The notes: a model not told the origin generated them from the letters alone. A DNA stretch of 64,000 bases from Bacteroidota bacterium (GCA_037139855.1 JBAXFM010000001.1:2503-66502), one strand, 5' to 3'. Shown: positions 50,758-62,054, numbered from the stretch's first letter. Program-made: numbers and translations.

Positions 50758-51192
50758 TTGCGGCAAAATGATTGCCCCCCTGAGTTGAAGATCCTCGTGG
50801 CAGACATGCTAACGGCTTATGACAATTATAAGCTCGGGCATGCCTGCCTGTTTACTGCGCGTACACACGAAGAGATTCACCGGGCGGCCAGTGACACGGT
50901 TGAAAATTACCTGGAGAACCGGCGCATCTGGAAGGAACTCAATCACTATAAGGAAAAAGGTACCATCCTGGGTGAACATAGGATTTTCACCTGGTTAAAA
51001 AGAGTGGATGATATCCGGGGAATGAAGATCGGTGACCTGGTAAACCTGAAGATTCGCCTGGATAATAATCTGGTGCGTAACCGGGCCGCCTTGCGCCGGC
51101 AACCTGATCACCCGCAGACCCTGATCCGCAAGGAGCGCATCAGGGAGATGGAAAAAGAACAGGCAGAAGTTAACCGTTTACTAAACTTATAA
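50758..51192 (+). CDS. hypothetical protein (144 aa)
   Basis: Exact second copy of 12011..12445. Confidence 0.55.
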   Translation: MRQNDCPPELKILVADMLTAYDNYKLGHACLFTARTHEEIHRAASDTVENYLENRRIWKELNHYKEKGTILGEHRIFTWLKRVDDIRGMKIGDLVNLKIRLDNNLVRNRAALRRQPDHPQTLIRKERIREMEKEQAEVNRLLNL

Positions 51193-51798
51193 GTGAATTC
51201 AAAGTTTTTCAATATCGACGAGCTGGAGGATCCCGGTGATGATCAGCAAAGCGCTGACACATCAGGGATCCGCATTGAACGTTTCCTGCAGCTGCACGAA
51301 CAGCGAATTGAGAGTATCAAGGATCTGACAGGCCGTTTGCCAGGTGAAGGTGAGATTTTCTTCTTGTGGACCGTAAATTCATTCAATGCGTTCACCTTCA
51401 TTCCGTTCATCATCAAAGAATGTGGACCTATACAGCAACTGATCCTGGCCACTTATTCCATCAACATCCGGATCATTGATGCCCTGGTGCGGCTGATCGA
51501 CAAAGGGCTGATCCTTTCTGTTGATATTTTCATCAGTGATTCAGTCCGCAGCCGGTTGCCCAAAGTGTATGATCACCTGATGGCGCTGGTCGAGACCAAA
51601 CCGGTGAGGGTAAAATATTCCTGGAATCATGCCAAGATTGCCCTGATCCGCTCCGGTGATCACTATTTCGACGTGGAAAGGTCCGGGAACTGGGGCGAAA
51701 ACGCCCAGCATGAGCAATATGTTTTCCTGAATAACAGAAGTGTGTTTGAATTTCGTAAAAATGAAATCCTCAATGGAATTAACCCCTGCACAGTATAA
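51193..51798 (+). CDS. PLD-like (HKD-type) domain protein
   Basis: Exact second copy of 12446..13051. Confidence 0.5.
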   Translation: MNSKFFNIDELEDPGDDQQSADTSGIRIERFLQLHEQRIESIKDLTGRLPGEGEIFFLWTVNSFNAFTFIPFIIKECGPIQQLILATYSINIRIIDALVRLIDKGLILSVDIFISDSVRSRLPKVYDHLMALVETKPVRVKYSWNHAKIALIRSGDHYFDVERSGNWGENAQHEQYVFLNNRSVFEFRKNEILNGINPCTV

Positions 51799-52660
51799 AG
51801 AGATCGAAAAGCTCGCGGCGGTCAACTACAGCGTGAAACAAATCGCCATGTACCTGGATGTGGATCCCAAAGCATTCCAGAAAGAGTTCAGCAACCTTGA
51901 ATCGAAGGTCCGCTATCATTATGACCGGGGGTTGCTCGTTACCCAGGCGGAACTGGACATGGCCAACCTCAAAAGGGCAAAGGATGGCAACATGACTTCC
52001 ATCCAGCAGTGGAAAAAGGATGCAAATTCTCAAAAGCTTGACAACCTGAAAAAACAGGTGTTTTTCGATGAAGAGCACAATGAATATGAACAGCTGCAGG
52101 GGCTGATCGAGCGGGGAGAGACGGGAAAACTGCCTGAAAAGGTTGTAAACTTTTATGAGCAGATTGATTTCATCCGTTGCCTGTACAACAAATACGAATC
52201 GAAGAGTTTTATCATCAACGCCGTGGTTGTTCAATACCCGCGGCTGTCCAAATACCAGGCAACGCAGCTTTATTATGAAACCCTGAATTTCTTCAACCTG
52301 GATAACCAGGTGAAAGTTGAAGCCTGGGCGAATATCTATGCCGACCGGTTGGATAACATGGCCAGGATCTGTTATGAGCTGAATGACTTCGAAACCGCCC
52401 GCCGGCTGACCATGGACAGCGCCGAGCTGCGCGGTGTAGGCAAGGATAAGCCGAACCAGGTTCCTGATGAACTGCTTGACCGCCGGCCGGTATTTTACAC
52501 CATCCGGATCGAGGATATCGGGGTGTCGAAAATCAATCGCAATGATCTGGCTGCCTTCATTGATAACCTGGATATCACCGAAAGGGAAAAATCAAAAGTG
52601 AAGCGTGAAGCCATGATTGAAGATGTTCCATTTGAAATGCTGCCAGATGAGCAAAACTAA
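51773..52660 (+). CDS. putative terminase small subunit
   Basis: Exact second copy of 13026..13913. Confidence 0.4.
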   Translation: MELTPAQYKEIEKLAAVNYSVKQIAMYLDVDPKAFQKEFSNLESKVRYHYDRGLLVTQAELDMANLKRAKDGNMTSIQQWKKDANSQKLDNLKKQVFFDEEHNEYEQLQGLIERGETGKLPEKVVNFYEQIDFIRCLYNKYESKSFIINAVVVQYPRLSKYQATQLYYETLNFFNLDNQVKVEAWANIYADRLDNMARICYELNDFETARRLTMDSAELRGVGKDKPNQVPDELLDRRPVFYTIRIEDIGVSKINRNDLAAFIDNLDITEREKSKVKREAMIEDVPFEMLPDEQN

Positions 52661-54332
52661 GATAACGACTCAGGAGGCCGATATCCGTTACTCGAATTGG
52701 ATATCCACGCTGATCGATCTGATCAAGCCGGCAAATCTTTATCTCTATGGTGGCCGTGGAACGGCAAAATCAACTGAAATACTGGCAAAAAGGACCATTG
52801 ATGTGGTATATGACATGCCCAGGGCAAGTTTTGCCTTTGTATCGGATACTTACGTGAACCTGATGACCAACATTATTCCGGCCATTTTGACAGGATGGGA
52901 GGGGAGAATGAAATTCCTGGAGAACTATCATTTCGTGGTCGATGTGCCGCCTCCGGATCACTGGCCCAAACCCCTGGTTAAAACCTTTTCATTCAAACAT
53001 ACTATTTCAACCTTCAACGGTTGTAAGTTCTTTCTTACTTCTCTTGACAGGCCATCATCGAACGCCGGGATCTCCGTAGTGCACCATTTTGGCGATGAAG
53101 CAAAGTACCTCCAGTGGGATAAATTAAGTAAGCTTTTTCCGACGCTCAGGGGAGACTATGCCCTTTATGGCCATTCCCATTACTTTATGGGTCAAACGTT
53201 CTGCAGCGACATGGCTGATCCCAGTGTGGGAGAAAGTGACTGGATGCTGCGCATGGAAAAGAACATGGACAAAGAACAGATCACCCGGATCATCCAATCT
53301 GCCATTATCCTCAATGAAATTAACCTGGAGCTTTACCAGGCTGAGCAAAAAGGTGAGGATATCAAACGCATTGACAACATCAAAAAAAATCAGGCTCGCT
53401 GGATAGAGCGCATCCGCAAGATTCGCCAGGACAGCACATTCTTCTACATAGTCAGTTCCTTTGCCAATGCCGATATACTTACCCTGCGATACTTCCAGAA
53501 CCTGTTGGCATCATTGACATTTGAAGAGTTTAAGACTGCAGTACTGTCTATCCGTAAGACCCTGGAGAAGGGCGCCCGTTTCTATGGTGCCCTGGCAGAT
53601 AAGCATTTCTACATTGATGGCTACAACTATGACTACTATGACAAGTTTGGCATACGTGACAATGTGTCTCAGACATCAGCAGGGCTGAAGTATGTACAGC
53701 ATGATAAGATACTCGAGGGTGGGTTTGATGCAGGCAACATGATGAGCCTGGTAATAGGGCAGGAGCAGGGCAATCAGTATAGGGTACTCAAAGGTATGTA
53801 CACGCTTACACCAGAGTGGATAAGGGAGTTAGGCGATAAGTTCATTACATTCTTTGAACCACATAAGCGTAAGGTATTGCATCTGTACCATGACAGATCA
53901 ACCAATCAGTATCGTAAGACAGGACGTGACGTTGCTACTCAACTCAAACATGATATCGAATACAATAAGGCAGGCACACGTACTGGATGGATCGTACAGC
54001 TTATGAGTGTGGGACAGGGCAACATATCGCACTCAGATGAGTTCAACCTGATGAACATCATGATGGGTGAGAAGGATAAGAGATTACCCAAACTGTTAAT
54101 AGATAAGTTTGAGTGCAAGGAACTCAAGAGCCAGCTCGAGATCACTCCCGTTACCAAGAGCAGCAAGGGTGAGATACAGAAGGTAAAGAAAGGCGATAAG
54201 TTATCGCCATCACGATTGGCAATGGAGTCAACAAACTTCTGTGATGCGTTCAAATATCTGCTATGCAGGCACAAATGGCTTGCCATAGCCAGGCAGAAGA
54301 GGGGCCTTACCTTTGGCTCCCTTAACATGTAA
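52647..54332 (+). CDS. terL: terminase large subunit
   Basis: Exact second copy of 13900..15585. Confidence 0.85.
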   Translation: MSKTKITTQEADIRYSNWISTLIDLIKPANLYLYGGRGTAKSTEILAKRTIDVVYDMPRASFAFVSDTYVNLMTNIIPAILTGWEGRMKFLENYHFVVDVPPPDHWPKPLVKTFSFKHTISTFNGCKFFLTSLDRPSSNAGISVVHHFGDEAKYLQWDKLSKLFPTLRGDYALYGHSHYFMGQTFCSDMADPSVGESDWMLRMEKNMDKEQITRIIQSAIILNEINLELYQAEQKGEDIKRIDNIKKNQARWIERIRKIRQDSTFFYIVSSFANADILTLRYFQNLLASLTFEEFKTAVLSIRKTLEKGARFYGALADKHFYIDGYNYDYYDKFGIRDNVSQTSAGLKYVQHDKILEGGFDAGNMMSLVIGQEQGNQYRVLKGMYTLTPEWIRELGDKFITFFEPHKRKVLHLYHDRSTNQYRKTGRDVATQLKHDIEYNKAGTRTGWIVQLMSVGQGNISHSDEFNLMNIMMGEKDKRLPKLLIDKFECKELKSQLEITPVTKSSKGEIQKVKKGDKLSPSRLAMESTNFCDAFKYLLCRHKWLAIARQKRGLTFGSLNM

Positions 54333-54587
54333 CACAATCCTTATAGGCAATGCCCATATATGTGTGATTTCGTAAAGTACGAAACCACTGCATGTGTGGG
54401 ATCCTCCATGCCCTTTTGTCATATATCCGCCTACCAGCGCGGGTGAACGTGCCCCCCGGCGGCTGGGCGGGTCGTCCGGTTTGGCATCTTGGCTTTTGTA
54501 AAAGCCAAACCAAACCGGTTAAAAAATAGAAAATCAGCCATTCTGTCTGATTTTTACATAAAGTTTTACTTTAATGTTGATCTCATG

Positions 54588-54899
54588 GAAAGGGAAGTTC
54601 AAATTTTGGACTTCCTTTTTCTTTGAATAACCGGCAAAGAAAAAGGAAGCGAAAAAGAAACCGAGTTTGGCCAGCGCACTACTTAATACTCGAAATTCAT
54701 CAAAGTTACCTATGGGGAAAGAAGGGTAAAACTGTCAAGGGCGGCCTCCTGGAGGAACTTGCCGCCTTTCAGGTTACTTCAGATTGCATGCAATCGTGAC
54801 CCACACCCCTGACATTATTTATTCCCCGCGGTGAAGCCTTACGGCAAAATTTCATTATTAACCAGCGGCCTGATAACGGCTGCATAAAACAATTGCCGT
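54588..54899 (+). promoter_or_regulatory. Structured leader element L1 (second copy)
   Basis: Exact second copy of 15841..16152. Confidence 0.6.
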
Positions 54900-55361
54900 A
54901 TGAAAACCATGAACTTGTTCAACTCGAGCGTTGCTGAAGTAAGCATCGTCTATCACAACACCGTTCGCCCGTCTGAGCGACAGAAAATCACCAAATCAAA
55001 TGATGCCTTTGACCTTCTCAAGAGCATCTGGAATGACCAGATTGATCTTTATGAGTCGTTCTACATCCTTTTAATGAACAGGGCAAACAAAGTCCTGGGC
55101 TATCGCTGCATTTCCCAGGGAGGAGTCTCTGGGACCGTGGTGGATCCCAAAGCGATCTTCCAGGCCGCCCTGCTGGCTAATGCGTCAAACATTATCCTGG
55201 CACACAATCACCCGAGCGGAACCCTGGTTCCCTCAGAGGCCGACGAAAGAATTACAAAGAAGTTAAAATTAGCTGGTGAGTACATGGAAATACAGGTACT
55301 TGACCATCTGATCCTGGGCGATGAAAGCTTTTATTCATTTGCTGACGACGGGAGGTTATAA
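54900..55361 (+). CDS. radC: RadC-like JAB/JAMM domain protein
   Basis: Exact second copy of 16153..16614. Confidence 0.85.
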   Translation: MKTMNLFNSSVAEVSIVYHNTVRPSERQKITKSNDAFDLLKSIWNDQIDLYESFYILLMNRANKVLGYRCISQGGVSGTVVDPKAIFQAALLANASNIILAHNHPSGTLVPSEADERITKKLKLAGEYMEIQVLDHLILGDESFYSFADDGRL

Positions 55362-55498
55362 TGGAAGCGCTATACGAAATGTTCAGCCAGCTGCAGGATG
55401 ATGTTTACTATCCTGGGTACTGCCTTGCAATGGAAACATCAGATCCTGAAAAGGTAAAATTCGAATGGGAACAGTTTTTAAAAATGTTCTCTAAATGA
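55361..55498 (+). CDS. small hypothetical ORF (45 aa) coupled to the radC-like gene
   Basis: Exact second copy of 16614..16751. Confidence 0.45.
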   Translation: MEALYEMFSQLQDDVYYPGYCLAMETSDPEKVKFEWEQFLKMFSK

Positions 55499-55502
55499 CA
55501 GG

Positions 55503-55531
55503 AGCCCCGGGAAAACCCGGGGCTTTTTTTA
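55503..55531 (+). terminator. Rho-independent terminator
   Basis: Exact second copy of 16756..16784. Confidence 0.8.
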
Positions 55532-55850
55532 TGCTCGCAGCGGCTCGCCTTGAGGGCGGCTTTCTTTTTTGAAATCACCGCAAAGAAAGAAAGCCGGCAA
55601 AGAAAAACACGGTGGCCAGCGCACTACTTATTACTCAAATTTAGTGCAAAGTTAACCTCACGAAAATATCATCTCTCTAAACGCGGTCTCCTGACGGATC
55701 CACCGCCCGTTGGGTTCATTCATATCCTGCGGATACTGACCTGAACATTTGTTCCAGAATTTTCATTCCGGTTATGGCAGTGGCATAAATTTTTCATTCA
55801 TCAGGCGGAGCCAGATGCCTAAATAAGTCCCCAGGGCAGGGGCACACACA
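55532..55850 (+). promoter_or_regulatory. Structured leader element L2 (second copy)
   Basis: Exact second copy of 16785..17103. Confidence 0.6.
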
Positions 55851-56261
55851 ATGACAAAAGTAAGTTCAGCAGTTCAGAAACCCACCAACGGCGGGGCAAG
55901 TGCATCAGAAAAGACCGGTCTAACAGTGATCAGGCCGGTTCAGTCTCCCAACTTCACGATTCCGGAAGAGAAAAACCCGGTACCGGAAGTCAAAAAGGAG
56001 TTAACCCTCACCGAAAAAATTCAAAAGGTCGAAAACCTGCAGCTCATCGTCGAGAAAAGGACGAAACTGGTGCAAACACGAAGCGAAATTGAAAGGTTTC
56101 AAACCGCTTCCAATGATTTCAACTGCAGCCTGCGGCTGAATGATTCAGACGGAAATGTCTTCACCACCAGTTTCACCCCTGGAATCAAGAAGGTAATTGA
56201 GTTCCTTAAGTCAGCTTTCGATGCAAGCATCAGCGAAGTTGAACAGAAAATCAACTTCTAA
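55851..56261 (+). CDS. hypothetical protein (136 aa)
   Basis: Exact second copy of 17104..17514. Confidence 0.6.
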   Translation: MTKVSSAVQKPTNGGASASEKTGLTVIRPVQSPNFTIPEEKNPVPEVKKELTLTEKIQKVENLQLIVEKRTKLVQTRSEIERFQTASNDFNCSLRLNDSDGNVFTTSFTPGIKKVIEFLKSAFDASISEVEQKINF

Positions 56262-56272
56262 GCTTCTTAAAG

Positions 56273-56303
56273 GGAGTCCCGGGAAACCGGGACTCCTTTT
56301 TTT
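56273..56303 (+). terminator. Rho-independent terminator
   Basis: Exact second copy of 17526..17556. Confidence 0.8.
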
Positions 56304-56368
56304 CTGCTCGTATCCCCACCGGTGGGTGTGTCCTTTAAAAAAACCTGCTCAAAAGATATGTTTGCTCC

Positions 56369-56659
56369 ATGATCACCGAGGAGACCATAGATCTGTACGA
56401 AGCCATCCGGGAAATGAGGAAATTGTCACAGCAGGACAAGTCCTTTTCTTTCGTTCATGCCACGCTGAACCGGGATAAGGATACCAGCGAAGGAATCCGG
56501 TACGTGAAAAGTGCACACCTCAGGCCTGCGGCCAAAGGGGATGATCTGGTAAACGCGGATGACAAGATTTTCTATTTCGATGAAGAGATTGAGAAACCAA
56601 GGGTTTGCTGGCAATTGCTGATCATGTATTTCGATGATAAACGGGTAATTCTTAATTGA
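56369..56659 (+). CDS. hypothetical protein (96 aa)
   Basis: Exact second copy of 17622..17912. Confidence 0.55.
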   Translation: MITEETIDLYEAIREMRKLSQQDKSFSFVHATLNRDKDTSEGIRYVKSAHLRPAAKGDDLVNADDKIFYFDEEIEKPRVCWQLLIMYFDDKRVILN

Positions 56660-56665
56660 TGCTGC

Positions 56666-58081
56666 ATGACTGAGGTAAAAAAATCGGACGTACAACTCGT
56701 CCGGGAAGGAAATAAAGCTTTCGGGATTACCCCGGTAGGCGTTTATGCGTTCGACGTGGCCGGATCCTTCAAGATGGCAAGCCCTTCGGTACTGCCATTC
56801 TATACGAATGTCAGGCAATTGATCCCTGTCAAAATCGGTGAGTTCTCAATCGTGGCCAATGGACAGGAAAACAACTACCCCGACGAACTGCGAATCATCC
56901 TGGATGAGAACAACCTCACTCCGGAGATCCTGAACAAACAGGCTCAGTTGCTCTATGGCCAGGGACCGGCGCTGTATAAACTGAATTTCGAGAATGGGCG
57001 CCGGGTGAAGTACTGGCTCACCGATCCTGAAGTTCAGGCATGGCTCGATTCGTGGGATTACGAAGATTACCTGCTGAAGTGTTGCATCGAGTTTCGGACC
57101 ATGAACGGGCATTTTTCCAAGTTCTACCGCAACAAAGGCTTCCGGATCGGTGAAAAACCACAAATCGCGAAGCTCGAGCATGTTTCTTCCATGTTTGCCC
57201 GCCTGGAATGGCCGGATGACAATAACCAGATCAATAACATCATCGTTGGCAATTTTCGCCAGCCATGGCAACTCGGATTGAGGAAATACCCGGTTCTGGA
57301 CCCATCGCGGCCTTTTGCCAACCCGGTATCGATGCGCTATTCAAATCTGTACTCATTTGCCCTGGACAATGAGTACTCCCGTTCCCCGATACACGGATCA
57401 TTGAACTGGATCAAACTTTCGTCATCCATTCCGAAGCTTCTGTCGAGTTTTAACGACAATTCTATGGCCATCAAGTACCATATTGAAGTGCCGGCGATAT
57501 ACTGGGAAAAGTTAAGGGAACAGATGATCCTGCAATCGGAGGAGTCGAATGGGATATTCACTGAAAAGTTGTTCAAAAAGGCCCAGGATGATGTGATGGA
57601 AAGCTTTTCCATTGCCCTGGCCGGTAATGACAAGGTGGGGAAGTTTGTCAGCACTACCACGGTTTTTGACGAATTGGGTAACCAATATGTCGGATGGAAG
57701 ATCACCCCGCTGGATCAGAAGGTAAAAGATTTCATCGATGCTCAGATTAACATTGCCAACGAGGCATTGTTCCAGACTACCTCAGGGCTTGGGGTACACC
57801 CGGCCCTGAGCAACCTGAGCAAGGATGGAAACCTGCCCAGCGGTTCCGAGCAGCTTTACGCGTTCAAACTTTACCTGGCCACCGGGGTGGATATCCCTGA
57901 AGGCATCGTGATGAAAGACATCAACATCGCGATCAATGCCAACTTCCCCGGGCGTGGTCTTCGCCTGGGCTTCTACCATGATGTTTTGCTTACCGAATCG
58001 CAAACCAGTCCTGCAGACCGGATCAAGAACCAGGATTCAGGAACCCAGACAGGAGACAAAAAAACAACTCAAAACCCGTAA
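56666..58081 (+). CDS. putative portal protein
   Basis: Exact second copy of 17919..19334. Confidence 0.4.
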   Translation: MTEVKKSDVQLVREGNKAFGITPVGVYAFDVAGSFKMASPSVLPFYTNVRQLIPVKIGEFSIVANGQENNYPDELRIILDENNLTPEILNKQAQLLYGQGPALYKLNFENGRRVKYWLTDPEVQAWLDSWDYEDYLLKCCIEFRTMNGHFSKFYRNKGFRIGEKPQIAKLEHVSSMFARLEWPDDNNQINNIIVGNFRQPWQLGLRKYPVLDPSRPFANPVSMRYSNLYSFALDNEYSRSPIHGSLNWIKLSSSIPKLLSSFNDNSMAIKYHIEVPAIYWEKLREQMILQSEESNGIFTEKLFKKAQDDVMESFSIALAGNDKVGKFVSTTTVFDELGNQYVGWKITPLDQKVKDFIDAQINIANEALFQTTSGLGVHPALSNLSKDGNLPSGSEQLYAFKLYLATGVDIPEGIVMKDINIAINANFPGRGLRLGFYHDVLLTESQTSPADRIKNQDSGTQTGDKKTTQNP

Positions 58082-58083
58082 CC

Positions 58084-59106
58084 ATGATCTTAAACAGAAG
58101 CGGTGCCGGTGCCACGGAACTGAAAGAACTGATCGGTTTCATTTACAAATCGATCACCTTCAGCAATCTAAAATCTTACGTAAGCTTCGCCGAGCGTGAT
58201 ATCAAAAAGGTAATAGGACCCGAGGTGTTCAAGGCTGCCGAAGATCATTACATGTCGGCGTTTTATCACCTGGCCACGCCTGATGAAGATCATCCCGAGT
58301 ATCTGCTCCTGGAAGAACTGATCGAAAAGATTCAACTGCCGGTGGCCATTCACGCCTACCGGCGTTATGTGCCCAGTTCCGATCTTACACACAGCGATAA
58401 AGGGCGGCAAATATTCGTTTCGGAACAGGAGAAACCGGCTTTCGAGTGGCAGATTGAAAAGGACAATGAAAACCTGATCTCCCTGGAGCATGAGGCAATC
58501 GATGTTCTGCTTGAATTCCTGGATGAACATATCGACGAGAAGGATCTGGATTTGAATGTTATCATTCCCTGGGGAACTTCTGCCGCGTACAAAGCCACCA
58601 AAGAACTGCTGATCCCCACGGTGAAAGAGTTTGAAAACGTGTTTCTCATCGGAGGCAGCCGGATGACATTCCTTTCACTGGTCCCGATGATCAAACGAAT
58701 TCAGGAAAACGATATCAAGGCATGCCTGGGTGAAACCAAGTACACACAGATCACAGAACAAGTCCTGGATAATGACCTTACGCCGGAGAACATTATTATT
58801 TTGGACAAAATCCGTCCACCCCTGGCGCTGATGGCGCTCAGTGTTGCCGTGAAAAGACTTTCATCGGAAGTTCTGCCGGCAGGCATTTTCACCAACATCA
58901 CGGCCAATGTTGTCAAGGGCAAAACCCCGGCATCCAAGCAGGAACGCAACGAAATAGCATCGTCACTGGAAAAGGACGGCATGCGCGAGCTGGTCAAGCT
59001 GCAGGAGTATATCCGCAAACTTGACACAGCAGCTGCAGGGGAAATATTTACGCCCAATGATCCGACAGACATCATTGATCCACTGTTAAAATTCGTCAGA
59101 CTGTAA
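58084..59106 (+). CDS. hypothetical protein (340 aa)
   Basis: Exact second copy of 19337..20359. Confidence 0.65.
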   Translation: MILNRSGAGATELKELIGFIYKSITFSNLKSYVSFAERDIKKVIGPEVFKAAEDHYMSAFYHLATPDEDHPEYLLLEELIEKIQLPVAIHAYRRYVPSSDLTHSDKGRQIFVSEQEKPAFEWQIEKDNENLISLEHEAIDVLLEFLDEHIDEKDLDLNVIIPWGTSAAYKATKELLIPTVKEFENVFLIGGSRMTFLSLVPMIKRIQENDIKACLGETKYTQITEQVLDNDLTPENIIILDKIRPPLALMALSVAVKRLSSEVLPAGIFTNITANVVKGKTPASKQERNEIASSLEKDGMRELVKLQEYIRKLDTAAAGEIFTPNDPTDIIDPLLKFVRL

Positions 59107-60029
59107 TGCACAAAATCGAGATACCCGAGCGTCACCTGGTTAAGGAATTTCCTTCCAGCATCCATGAAATGAACCAGGATCAATTTGTTTATTTCATTGA
59201 CCTGATCCTGCAATATCTCTCCGGGAAGTTCGATATCGCCGATTTCAAATCGAAATTGATCCTGAAATTACTGGATGTTAAGTTTGATATGGGATGGCAG
59301 CTGATGACAAAGGATGACAGGGAAAATGCCTACGGTGAAATATTCCGCATCAGCGAGCTTTGCGATTCTTTCTTTGAAGAAATTGACAGAGACGGACAGA
59401 AGGTAAAGACCTTTAAATTGAGTTTCCGCAAAAACTTCATTCCCCGGATCTGCGGCAAGTACCACGGTCCGAAGGATGCGCTTCAGGATGCGACCTTTGC
59501 CGAATACCGCATCGCGCACAGCTATTATGCTGCCTACATTGATTCGCACAGCGAAACCGACCTGAATCACCTGGTGGCGGTTCTGTACCGGCCTGCCAAA
59601 AGCTTTCTTTGGCTCAGACGCATGTTGCCATCGTACGACGGACAGCCCCGGATACCATTTACGGCAAAATCAAATCCGGCGTTCCTCGAGGCCCGCGTGA
59701 AGGAAATAGCGAAGCTCCCAATCGCGGTGCGTTATGGTATCTTTCTATTCTTCTCCGGATGTGAAGAATACCTGGCTAAAGGGACCGTCAATGTTGATGG
59801 AAAGGATATTGATCTTTCGGTTATTTATGAAAAATCGGGTGAATCTGATGACTCTCCGGATATCGGGCTGATCGGGATCCTTTATAGTCTGGCAGAAACA
59901 AAAGTGTTCGGGTCCATCGAGGAAACCGACGGGCAAAATCTTTACGACATCATGATCCGCCTGTACCAGGTGGTGAAACAAGCAAAAGCAATGGAGGCTA
60001 AATACAAGGACAATGGTATCGGTGATTAA
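59106..60029 (+). CDS. hypothetical protein (307 aa)
   Basis: Exact second copy of 20359..21282. Confidence 0.65.
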   Translation: MHKIEIPERHLVKEFPSSIHEMNQDQFVYFIDLILQYLSGKFDIADFKSKLILKLLDVKFDMGWQLMTKDDRENAYGEIFRISELCDSFFEEIDRDGQKVKTFKLSFRKNFIPRICGKYHGPKDALQDATFAEYRIAHSYYAAYIDSHSETDLNHLVAVLYRPAKSFLWLRRMLPSYDGQPRIPFTAKSNPAFLEARVKEIAKLPIAVRYGIFLFFSGCEEYLAKGTVNVDGKDIDLSVIYEKSGESDDSPDIGLIGILYSLAETKVFGSIEETDGQNLYDIMIRLYQVVKQAKAMEAKYKDNGIGD

Positions 60030-60498
60030 ATACAAGTCATTCTGGGAATACATCGCAAGAGCGTTTCCTGCCATCACAAAGACCCTGATCATTCATGAGG
60101 AGTCTGACCTTCCTGGCATTGTGCGTGACATGGATAATGGCGCGACACTCCTGTTTGCGATCATCCCGTCAACGGATATGGAAGCGACCAGTGTGGACGA
60201 TTTTGAAGAGATTGACTCATGCTTTGCCTGCCTGATCAAGAAAAGCGATCCGGGAAATCTATCTGCTGATGAATTCCTCATTGAGATGGCGGGTACACAA
60301 TACCTCATGTCGGCCATCAAAGACAAAATGATCGCACTGGCCGGGGACAATGATCATGACATTGACGGCGGACAATACAGCCACCTGATGCACCGGCTCA
60401 TCATCAACGGAATGCACACAGATCCGGAGTACAACCTGCTTGGATGCAACGGATGGTCACTTTCATTTAAACTCAAAACAACAGGAACAATCCAATAA
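60013..60498 (+). CDS. hypothetical protein (161 aa)
   Basis: Exact second copy of 21266..21751. Confidence 0.6.
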   Translation: MVSVIKYKSFWEYIARAFPAITKTLIIHEESDLPGIVRDMDNGATLLFAIIPSTDMEATSVDDFEEIDSCFACLIKKSDPGNLSADEFLIEMAGTQYLMSAIKDKMIALAGDNDHDIDGGQYSHLMHRLIINGMHTDPEYNLLGCNGWSLSFKLKTTGTIQ

Positions 60499-61052
60499 TG
60501 GCCACTACACTTAAATATCCGTCACCCATGATCCCCGAAAACATCTGTGCGGTAACGTTCAATTCGCTGCTGACAAAGGTGGCCATTCTGTTCATATCCT
60601 ATTTCGCTCCCATCTCCGAGATGATCCATGTCATGTTGATTTTCCTGCTTTTTGATACGGTTTCGGGAATATGGGCATCGATAAAGGAAGGCAACGCGAT
60701 TGAGAGCCATAAGCTGCGCAAAACAGTGCTGAAATTTCTTTGGTACACAGTGGCCGTGATGGCGGCCTGGATGATGGAACATACCTTCGATCTGACCTGG
60801 GTGAGACTGGCAAGTCTTACAGCAGGGTTTATCTGCTTTGTCGAGCTTAAAAGTATGTTTGAAAACATTACCAGGATCACCAACGAGCCGATTTTTAAAC
60901 GCATCCTGAAGCTTCTGAAACGGAAAAGTACAGAAACCATCTCGGAGATCACGGATGATCCGGAGGATGACTATACACGCAGATACGAGAAAAGTACCAA
61001 AACAGAGGTAGAATATACGGTAAAGCATCAGAAAAGCGAGAAAAATGGATAA
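60498..61052 (+). CDS. holin (phage_holin_4_1-like)
   Basis: Exact second copy of 21751..22305. Confidence 0.7.
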   Translation: MATTLKYPSPMIPENICAVTFNSLLTKVAILFISYFAPISEMIHVMLIFLLFDTVSGIWASIKEGNAIESHKLRKTVLKFLWYTVAVMAAWMMEHTFDLTWVRLASLTAGFICFVELKSMFENITRITNEPIFKRILKLLKRKSTETISEITDDPEDDYTRRYEKSTKTEVEYTVKHQKSEKNG

Positions 61053-61545
61053 AATCACACGCGTATCAAAGAACTGCCTGGCCATGATCGAAGAGTTCGA
61101 ATGTGGCGGCAATTTCCGCAATTTCATGAAGGCGTATAAATGCCCGGCAGGGAAATGGACCATTGGCATGGGAACTACGCGGTATCCTGATGGCCGCAGG
61201 GTCATGCCCGGTGATGTGATCACTGAACAACAGGTTTACGAATACCTTACCTCCGATATCGCATTGGCCGAAAGCGCGGTTGCATCGGCTGTGACGGTGT
61301 ATATCGGCCAGCAAAGATTTGATGCACTGGTCGATTTCGTGTACAACCTGGGAATTCTGGCATTTAAAAATTCCAACTTGCTCAAAGTGATCAATAAAGA
61401 TCCCGGCGATCCTGCCATCGAAAACCAGTTTTACCGCTGGATTCTGGCCGGTGGCAAACCACATGCCGGCCTGATCAGGCGCCGCCGGTCGGAAGCCTGG
61501 CTCTATTTTAATGGAAGTCTCAAATTCAAATTCGACAAATCATGA
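61045..61545 (+). CDS. GH24-type lysozyme (endolysin)
   Basis: Exact second copy of 22298..22798. Confidence 0.9.
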   Translation: MDKITRVSKNCLAMIEEFECGGNFRNFMKAYKCPAGKWTIGMGTTRYPDGRRVMPGDVITEQQVYEYLTSDIALAESAVASAVTVYIGQQRFDALVDFVYNLGILAFKNSNLLKVINKDPGDPAIENQFYRWILAGGKPHAGLIRRRRSEAWLYFNGSLKFKFDKS

Positions 61546-62054
61546 AATCAAAACATCCCCAGGACTGGCAGATAATTCTGTTCGGAGCCATCATGTTTTT
61601 TCTGTGCCTGCAGTCATGCACCACGACAAAGAATGTTCAAAAGAGCGAGGTGAAAACTGAATCCGAGTCGAAATCAACGGAAGAAGCAAAATCCACAGCA
61701 CAAATTGAGACGAATACTCAAACCAAGGCTGAAACGGTCACCAACGAGCAATGTGACACGAATATCTGGGTAATGGTTCCGGTGAGTGCTACCAAAAAGG
61801 ACACGATCATCAAGGTTCAAATCCCGGTAAAATTTCAGCGTATCATCAAACGCATTGAGGCCAGTGACCAGAACAAGAAGGAACAAAACAGCGCACAGGT
61901 AAATAAAAATGATCAATTACACCAGAAATCGTATGAACAGCGCATGGATAAGACCGTCGAACGAACGGGACTTCCCTGGTGGGCCATTGCCATACTAACG
62001 ATCTTCATACTTATTGGCGTGGCTGTGCTCCTTTGGCGATTAAAAGTATTCTAA
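61542..62054 (+). CDS. u-spanin-like protein
   Basis: Exact second copy of 22795..23307. Confidence 0.55.
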   Translation: MKSKHPQDWQIILFGAIMFFLCLQSCTTTKNVQKSEVKTESESKSTEEAKSTAQIETNTQTKAETVTNEQCDTNIWVMVPVSATKKDTIIKVQIPVKFQRIIKRIEASDQNKKEQNSAQVNKNDQLHQKSYEQRMDKTVERTGLPWWAIAILTIFILIGVAVLLWRLKVF